From: a virus
Direction: 5' to 3' (one strand)
Virus record (IMG/VR): IMGVR_UViG_3300042882_000881
Span: 49,951-113,950 of that record
Length of the DNA stretch: 64,000 bases
Shown: positions 58,179 through 64,000 of the stretch, piece by piece
How positions within the stretch are numbered: the stretch's first letter is position 1
How the letters are laid out: each line of letters opens with the position of its first letter
Notes under the pieces: model-generated
Database searches by the model: none
What the model was told of the DNA's origin: nothing
The model's input: only the letters and a program-made list of their open reading frames with translations
Made by a program: the position numbers and the translations under genes

Positions 58179-58898
58179 TTAGAATAATCCGCCAGCGGCT
58201 TTGCAGTTATATTCAACTTCAGCTTCTCTCCATGCTTGTAAAAGCTCAGTGATTCCACCACATACACCATATAAATTAGGACCACATCCAGCACCAGGAC
58301 ATCCACAAGCACAAGCTTCTTGAGGATCTCCACCAGTTGATATATATGGTTGTGGCATAGCTTGTAATAACTCTTTAATGTCTTTTGAAACTTCTGGTAC
58401 ATAAACAGTATAAGTTACAGATTGGCCGAACTCATCGACATCTCCGCAACAACACTCTGTTCCATTAACAGAAAGTTTGCTATCAAAACTACCACAACCA
58501 TTTTTGCAACATTCATTACTAACTGAAAATGTGGTAAGAATAAGTGGTCTTGGTTCTGGAGAAGCATTTACATATGTTGTGAATAACCATTGTTGATTTC
58601 CAGTATAACGCATAACAGAACCATCTTTATTACATCTATCCAAACATGGATCACAAAATACTTGAGTATATTTACCGGTAGTTGATTTATTAAGTCCACA
58701 GATATCCCAATATGTTATACTGGGATCCCAATAAGGACGTCCTGGTGGACAAATACCAATTCCTCCATTCTCAAAAAAAACAGCATATGTTCCAGGTTCT
58801 GAACAACAGGTTATATTAGTTTGCCATGGACATGTGAATCCAAAACTGTTTCCACTAATAGTTATATCTAATGATCCTTCTACGAGAATATTACACAT
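58179..58898 (-). CDS. Cys-rich hypothetical protein
   Basis: GAGG RBS; CC, CCC and CACGC clusters. Confidence 0.6.
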   Translation of the reverse strand: MCNILVEGSLDITISGNSFGFTCPWQTNITCCSEPGTYAVFFENGGIGICPPGRPYWDPSITYWDICGLNKSTTGKYTQVFCDPCLDRCNKDGSVMRYTGNQQWLFTTYVNASPEPRPLILTTFSVSNECCKNGCGSFDSKLSVNGTECCCGDVDEFGQSVTYTVYVPEVSKDIKELLQAMPQPYISTGGDPQEACACGCPGAGCGPNLYGVCGGITELLQAWREAEVEYNCKAAGGLF

Positions 58899-58926
58899 AT
58901 TTAATGCCTCTTTAGAGATTGATGTA

Positions 58927-58942
58927 TTTTATCATACACCAA
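58927..58942 (-). promoter_or_regulatory. Putative phage late-promoter motif
   Basis: TTGGTGTATGATAAA in an intergenic gap. Confidence 0.45.
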
Positions 58943-58959
58943 TTTTTGATAGACATTAA

Positions 58960-59715
58960 TTATTCATTATCGGCTATTGTTGAATTTATCCAGTCGATAA
59001 AGAGAGAAATTCTGGTGTGGCCGCTTTCGTCAGTCCATGAAGAATCAGTTTTACCATCTGTGCAAAAAACTAAAGAATTAATACCAGCTAATTTTTTATC
59101 AATAAATAATCCACCACCACTATCCCCATGAGATATTAGAAATTCTAAGGCTGAGGCTTGATCATTTTGACTAGTATCACACATTAACAAATGCTTATCA
59201 ACATCAGATATTCTATTAGTACCACATCTAAGTTTTGAATCATCTGTAAAAGCTCCTCTATTAAAGGATCCTGTTACTCCCCAGCCAATAATATCTGCTA
59301 TTTTATTTTTTTCATTTTTTGCAGTATGTAACTCTGGATAATTTATCTCTAAAGTATTTTTTTCGGCCAACATACCAAGAGCAATATCATTGTATCCTGG
59401 TTTATCTGCATCAAATTTATTTTGTACAAAAATTTTAGACACAATATATTGTTTATTATTAATAATTACAAATGTATCATGATCTTGTTTATTTTCAAAT
59501 ATATGGGCTGCTGTTAATATCCATTTTGGATTGATAATAACACATGATGATGAACTTGTTATTCTATTATTTTTTTTGGTAATTAATTTTAGAACACAAT
59601 TATATTTTTGTGCATAATCAATATATTGAGAATCTTTATTTGACGGATGAATAGTACCGGCTGTGGATATTGTGCTAATTACGAATAAAAATAGAAAAAA
59701 GATAAGCCTATTCAT
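58960..59715 (-). CDS. Secreted trypsin-like (S1) serine protease
   Basis: Signal peptide; LTAAH, DIAL, GWG, GDSGG. Confidence 0.9.
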   Translation of the reverse strand: MNRLIFFLFLFVISTISTAGTIHPSNKDSQYIDYAQKYNCVLKLITKKNNRITSSSSCVIINPKWILTAAHIFENKQDHDTFVIINNKQYIVSKIFVQNKFDADKPGYNDIALGMLAEKNTLEINYPELHTAKNEKNKIADIIGWGVTGSFNRGAFTDDSKLRCGTNRISDVDKHLLMCDTSQNDQASALEFLISHGDSGGGLFIDKKLAGINSLVFCTDGKTDSSWTDESGHTRISLFIDWINSTIADNE

Positions 59716-59744
59716 TGTAGCACCTCTAATGGTAGTATATAATA

Positions 59745-60650
59745 TTATACACTAATATTAGACTGTAGATTGAATATTCTACCCTTCTGAGTTCTTATCA
59801 CATAACCCATTCGTACCATAAATGGCTCAATACTATTTTCGATAGTTTCAATAGCAATGCCTGTCATTGATGAGATACTTTTTAGGCCAATAGGGTTAGT
59901 TTTAGCATTAATAAGAACTTGCAAATACATTCTATCATAAATATCAAAACCATATTGGTCAATACCCTGAGCATTAAAGATATCGTCAATATTTGTCTCT
60001 TTATCACTTGACAAAATATAGTTTTTATACCATTGCAATCTTGCATTTAATATTCTTGGTGTTCCTTTACTTCTTTTGGCGATTTCCAAAAGACCCTCAT
60101 CGTCTATGACTATGTTAAGTTTAGCAGAATTCGACCTTGCTAGTTCAGCTAATTCATCGTGATCATAATAGACCAAATGTTCTTTGAGAGTGAACCTGTC
60201 GTAAAACGGCTGACTTAAACTACCACCACTAGTGGTTGCTCCAACAAGAGTAAATTGTGGAAGATCAATAGATTCAATCTTAGAATCACTAGAAATATTA
60301 AGAACAAAGTCTTCCATAATAGGATATAGAAATTCTTCAACAATTTTAGGCAGCCTATGAATCTCGTCAATAAATAGGATTGATCTTGGAGCAATACCCA
60401 TTAGGTAAGGAAGCAAACTTTTAATACTCCTTAAATTTGCTGCATTTAATGTATATAAATTAACATTCATCTCATTTGCTATAGCACTAGCAATTGTTGT
60501 CTTGCCTAAACCCGGAGGCCCATCAAGTAAAATATGAGGCATCACACCATTAGATATTGCACATCCCTTTGTGCATATTCTAAGTCTAGACACAACACCT
60601 TTCTGCCCAATAATATCTTCAAATTTTGACGGTCTAATAATGTTATTCAT
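59745..60650 (-). CDS. ruvB: Holliday junction branch-migration ATPase
   Basis: RP..F...IGQ, GPPGLGKTT, FIDEIHRL, GATT, GTPRI, IEPF...RT.KGR. Confidence 0.92.
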   Translation of the reverse strand: MNNIIRPSKFEDIIGQKGVVSRLRICTKGCAISNGVMPHILLDGPPGLGKTTIASAIANEMNVNLYTLNAANLRSIKSLLPYLMGIAPRSILFIDEIHRLPKIVEEFLYPIMEDFVLNISSDSKIESIDLPQFTLVGATTSGGSLSQPFYDRFTLKEHLVYYDHDELAELARSNSAKLNIVIDDEGLLEIAKRSKGTPRILNARLQWYKNYILSSDKETNIDDIFNAQGIDQYGFDIYDRMYLQVLINAKTNPIGLKSISSMTGIAIETIENSIEPFMVRMGYVIRTQKGRIFNLQSNISV

Positions 60651-61089
60651 TTTTTATCCAAAAAAGAGAGTGTTTAACCAATTTAACGTGATCATCAATA
60701 TTAGGATTCTCAGCCAATGTCTTTTCAATAAGAACATTTGCTTCAGTTTCAGTAAATCCATATTTCTTTAATAGAGATACTGATTCTGATTTTATATCTG
60801 TTTCTTTATTTTCGTTTTCAAATGACCCAGGAATTTGCCGATCTAGAGTATTTTCTACTGTATTAGTTTCTACTACTGGAGCAGGAATTACTTTCTCACA
60901 ATATTCAACATTAAATTTTTGTAGTCTTTTAACTTTGAAAATTTGTCCACATTCACAAACCACTCTGAAGTTTTTGGCAGATGCTTCCTTGAATGATAGC
61001 CAATGCTGACAACAACAAGATGGGTTTGGACATAGATATTTCAAATGAATATCATAATCAATCGGTTTCAGGCTTTTCTTTATTTTCAT
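60643..61089 (-). CDS. Zn-ribbon fused to a RuvA domain III-like helical bundle
   Basis: CPNPSC...CECG; SVSLLKKYGFTETEANVLI...KLVKHSL resembles RuvA A..AL..LGY...EA...LI..AL. Confidence 0.6.
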   Translation of the reverse strand: MKIKKSLKPIDYDIHLKYLCPNPSCCCQHWLSFKEASAKNFRVVCECGQIFKVKRLQKFNVEYCEKVIPAPVVETNTVENTLDRQIPGSFENENKETDIKSESVSLLKKYGFTETEANVLIEKTLAENPNIDDHVKLVKHSLFWIKNE

Positions 61090-61483
61090 CTTTCACCCAA
61101 AATATAAAGTCATTGATTTTATCATCAAATGCCATCTCAATAAATCCTTTGTTCACTAATCCTTGTAGGATATTACTAGTCATTCTGTCGCTTAGACTTT
61201 GAATTAGATTTAAAAATATTTCATCATTTAACACATATCTTATCTCGTCAGTCTTTTTATTCTTTTGCTTTTGCATTACTGATTTAACTATCATCAGTGA
61301 TTCATCATAAGATAATATTAATTCTAATTCTTTTTGATCCTCAGTTGACAAATCAGAGATAGTATCTAATTCATCTTTTTCTGATGGCTTATTTTTATCA
61401 CCAAAAGAAGTATAGGTTAATGTTCTTACATAATCTGTAAAAATATCTAAATCTTTTATAACGAACCAATTATCATCAGTCAT
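61058..61483 (-). CDS. Hypothetical protein
   Basis: Acidic ORF with a winged-helix-like end (LVNKGFIE.AFD...F.F). Confidence 0.55.
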   Translation of the reverse strand: MTDDNWFVIKDLDIFTDYVRTLTYTSFGDKNKPSEKDELDTISDLSTEDQKELELILSYDESLMIVKSVMQKQKNKKTDEIRYVLNDEIFLNLIQSLSDRMTSNILQGLVNKGFIEMAFDDKINDFIFWVKDENKEKPETD

Positions 61484-61491
61484 AAAATTTC

Positions 61492-61866
61492 CTAATTAAG
61501 TATTTCGTGCAATCCTTGATAGTATCTAGGCAGACTAACCACATACCCAGCATGACTTTGTAAATGTAACTCATATTCTTTCTGTAATTTATTATAAACA
61601 AAATACTTTAACTTCCAAATACCCTCATTGTAACAGTTATTCCCCAAATACAGAGAGGTTTTATCCTCTGCTGTATTGGAGAAGTAACCGTTCACAGGTA
61701 ACTCAACAGGAGTTACATTTTTTGGTAATAAAGGTAGATCCCATAGTTCTTCACTTAGTTTATTTATTTGTTCTTGATACTTTTTAATCCACTCAGTATC
61801 TATTTGAAAATACCAAGTAAACGGATTATATGGTGGGTCTTTGTCTGTCATTTTTAACCCACACAA
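61492..61866 (-). CDS. Hypothetical protein
   Basis: ORF in operon; start is probably 61851. Confidence 0.5.
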   Translation of the reverse strand: MCGLKMTDKDPPYNPFTWYFQIDTEWIKKYQEQINKLSEELWDLPLLPKNVTPVELPVNGYFSNTAEDKTSLYLGNNCYNEGIWKLKYFVYNKLQKEYELHLQSHAGYVVSLPRYYQGLHEILN

Positions 61867-63032
61867 AACTTATCACTAATCTGGCTTGCTAAGTCTCTAG
61901 CAGCACCAGAAAGGAATCGATTGTTGCTGAAATACAACGCTGTAGACGCTTGGTTGAGGTACTCGACCACCGTTTTTAAAAGTTTGGACTGCTCCCCACT
62001 CAAAACTAAACCACTGTCACCAGCATGAGAAGGCAATACTGGCGACGGATCACCATAAGCCTTTTCAAACTTGCTGTTGTAAGCCTTTGAAAGATCCTCA
62101 TTATAACTGTCTGGAGTCTGATTATAAGACGCCCAAGCACTACTCATAGAGTTCTTTTGACCACAACAATCAGAGGTACTATTTGTATAGGTTGCTCTTT
62201 GACTATTAAGTTCGTTCAGAATCTTTGCAGCAGCATCAACCGTCACTGGAAGTCCAGTAGCATCAGACTTTTTGTAGGTTTTTCTCCACTGTTCAAACCA
62301 AGCATCACTAGTAGCATTAGGAACAATGGTTACTGTTGCTGGTTGACCATTTAATGCAGAGATTAAGTCTTGAACATTAACGCTCTGACCAGTTGAACCA
62401 TTTAGAATACTGGTAAAGTAAGATGCCTTCTTTTCCCAGCACTTACGCCACCAAGTATAAGGAACTCGGTAAATCTGATTGATCTTGATGGCTCGTGCAT
62501 CTCCGCCAAAATAATTTACCAGTTTTTTCTGAATACCATTCCATGTGGTTTGATTAATCAGAGTTCGACTTTGATCATCCATAATCCAATAAATCTGATA
62601 ACCATTACGAGTATCTACTACCCAACTTGGCTTAACAGGAAAATTATTGATCTTGTCAAGAGAGGACTGCTTAAACTTCATAACCTCTTTACTAGGCAGA
62701 TAGTTTCCAGCATCATCTCGTCCAGCATCAATATCCACAAAGCAACAAGCAATAGTGTTGATAGCATACTGCTTTCGTCCACCGTTAACGTAGAAGTAAG
62801 CATCAGAGTTGCTATTCTCGTTAGCATCATGTACCTCGTTTAGATCACTAGTATGCTTCATGCTACTAATCTTTCTGCGAGGATCTCCATTGTAGCAAAA
62901 GATATGACCAGTATTTAGATTAAAAGAATCTAGAAACTGCTGCTGTAGTCTACTCCACGAATTAACATGACGCTTTCCAGTATTGCTGTTAGCCTTATCA
63001 TACGGATTAAAACCAAGTTCCATCTTAAACAT
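61854..63032 (-). CDS. RepB-type (AEP superfamily) primase-domain protein
   Basis: YFYVN, FVDID, PSWVVDT.NGYQIYW, GGD...INQIYRVP. Confidence 0.7.
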   Translation of the reverse strand: MFKMELGFNPYDKANSNTGKRHVNSWSRLQQQFLDSFNLNTGHIFCYNGDPRRKISSMKHTSDLNEVHDANENSNSDAYFYVNGGRKQYAINTIACCFVDIDAGRDDAGNYLPSKEVMKFKQSSLDKINNFPVKPSWVVDTRNGYQIYWIMDDQSRTLINQTTWNGIQKKLVNYFGGDARAIKINQIYRVPYTWWRKCWEKKASYFTSILNGSTGQSVNVQDLISALNGQPATVTIVPNATSDAWFEQWRKTYKKSDATGLPVTVDAAAKILNELNSQRATYTNSTSDCCGQKNSMSSAWASYNQTPDSYNEDLSKAYNSKFEKAYGDPSPVLPSHAGDSGLVLSGEQSKLLKTVVEYLNQASTALYFSNNRFLSGAARDLASQISDKFCVG

Positions 63033-63072
63033 ATTTCACCGTTACCTGTAATTGTAAACAACCTCAAAATAA

Positions 63073-63105
63073 GCCGGGATAGTAAACGCTACCATCATGG
63101 TCGGC
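63073..63105 (-). promoter_or_regulatory. Hairpin (terminator/attenuator- or ssi-like)
   Basis: GCCG..GATGGTAG-CGT-TTACTATC.CGGC followed by TTATTTT. Confidence 0.45.
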
Positions 63106-63108
63106 AAA

Positions 63109-63172
63109 AAGGAATTAGGGGATCGAACCCTAAGAGTTAGCACTAACTAATCCAGTCCCCAGACTATTCCTT
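63109..63172 (-). ncRNA. tRNA-like element lacking an anticodon loop
   Basis: 7-bp stem AAGGAAT/ATTCCTT stacked on the T-arm TAGGG-TTCGATC-CCCTA; mini D-arm AGTC-TGGG-GACT; AGTTA-GTGC-TAACT arm. Confidence 0.55.
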
Positions 63173-63181
63173 CGATTTTAA

Positions 63182-64000
63182 TCAACCAGGATAGGAGTTG
63201 TCGAACTCATCATCCTCGTCATCTTCAGCATAAGCCTCTTCGTCATCATCCTCATTCCATCCCCAATCATAATCATTGTCATAATCTTCGTCCTCGTCCT
63301 CGTAATCATCCTCACTAAAGACAGATGAATAAAGAGGCTTGAGAAGTTCGCCTTGATACTCTCCGACAACTTCATATCGGCAAGTGCGAAGTTTCTCATA
63401 GTTACAATCACTAGGAACACTCACAACATCAGCAGGATTAATCTTAACGATAACAATCTTATCACCACTTTCCAGACTACCATAACCGGCCACATAATTC
63501 AATGCACCAGCATGAAGTCCATTTGAACAACCTCTACCACGATCATCGTCAACCTTTGATCGTGTCATTTCACAGATTTGACCAACACGATTATCAAAAA
63601 CTCCACGATACTTGTCCTTATAATCACTTCTGACTGCCTTATAAGCAAGGAAATAACCATCCTCAGTAATAGGCAGATGTTCATGCTCAAGGAAATCATA
63701 GAGTTCCTTTTGACTCTGCATACTAGGATTTTCCATAAGATTATTCAGGAAATTAACAAGAGGCTGAAAAGGCAGACCCTTGCTCATAAACTCCAGAATT
63801 CTCTTGCTAATCGACCCATGAACAACCTCACCCTCATAAGTTACCTGACCATTCTTGATCTCAACAAGACCGTCACTAAAAGTAGCAACCGCCTTCTCAA
63901 TATCAATCATTTCAATCAACTCGTCAGATGTTGCAGTAGGCAATGCCTCCAGAATCATCTTGTAGTTAAGGTGGTCAGGCAGAACTTGAAAACTCTTGTT
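63182..64000 (-). CDS. rIIB: rIIB-like protein; 5' end lies outside the window
   Basis: NPS, ITEDGYFLAYK, CSNGLH, VKINPADVVSVP.D....K.R.CRYEV; acidic tail; frame open to 64000. Confidence 0.85.
   Translation of the reverse strand, partial: NKSFQVLPDHLNYKMILEALPTATSDELIEMIDIEKAVATFSDGLVEIKNGQVTYEGEVVHGSISKRILEFMSKGLPFQPLVNFLNNLMENPSMQSQKELYDFLEHEHLPITEDGYFLAYKAVRSDYKDKYRGVFDNRVGQICEMTRSKVDDDRGRGCSNGLHAGALNYVAGYGSLESGDKIVIVKINPADVVSVPSDCNYEKLRTCRYEVVGEYQGELLKPLYSSVFSEDDYEDEDEDYDNDYDWGWNEDDDEEAYAEDDEDDEFDNSYPG

Noticed and set aside
4250-62843. Numerous short + strand ORFs (e.g. 12964-13410, 27652-28023, 29407-29853, 35898-36347)
   Set aside because: They are antisense shadows of well-supported minus-strand genes, with no motifs or RBS.
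63109-63172. Functional tRNA gene
   Set aside because: No 7-nt anticodon loop, a truncated D arm and no CCA; reported as tRNA-like instead.
63178-63420. 80-aa minus-strand ORF with Met/Thr repeats
   Set aside because: It is an alternative-frame reading of the GAY/GAR-rich acidic tail of rIIB.
1-64000. Alternative genetic code (stop-codon recoding)
   Set aside because: Conserved genes are full length in code 11 and end with TAA, TAG and TGA; coding density is already near complete.
1-64000. Eukaryotic giant virus or cellular origin suggested by the Cys-rich proteins
   Set aside because: Sigma70 promoters, SD sites, overlapping operons, DnaE/DnaB/RecA/RuvB, rIIB and a tail fibre all point to a bacteriophage.

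Overview
This window is an AT-rich, gene-dense piece of a large tailed-phage (Caudoviricetes, jumbo-like) genome in the standard genetic code. Two Cys-rich genes lie on the + strand (1-3468); everything else is on the - strand. It encodes a bacterial-type replisome and recombination set: DnaE split into two genes around a DnaQ exonuclease, DnaB, a DnaG-like primase, SSB, RecA, an SSAP, a Cas4/AddB-like nuclease, RuvB with an odd Zn-ribbon/RuvA-domain-III partner, and a RepB-type primase. It also carries nucleotide-pool genes (NrdJ, dCMP deaminase, dNMP kinase, GuaC, an NDT-like protein, a catalytically dead-looking DeoC), PhoH, ClpP, a sigma factor, rIIB and a macrodomain. Two glycosylation clusters include Glf. 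There is a membrane-protein cassette built around a papain-like protease with no recognisable muralytic enzyme, a secreted trypsin, and a family of very Cys-rich proteins carrying modules typical of Planctomycetota surface proteins, which suggests a planctomycete host (inference). Non-coding signals are four sigma70-type TTGACT promoters, a recurrent GGTGTAT motif (putative late promoter), and a 64-nt tRNA-like element without an anticodon loop next to the RepB-type primase. All family calls come from motif recognition by eye; no searches were run.
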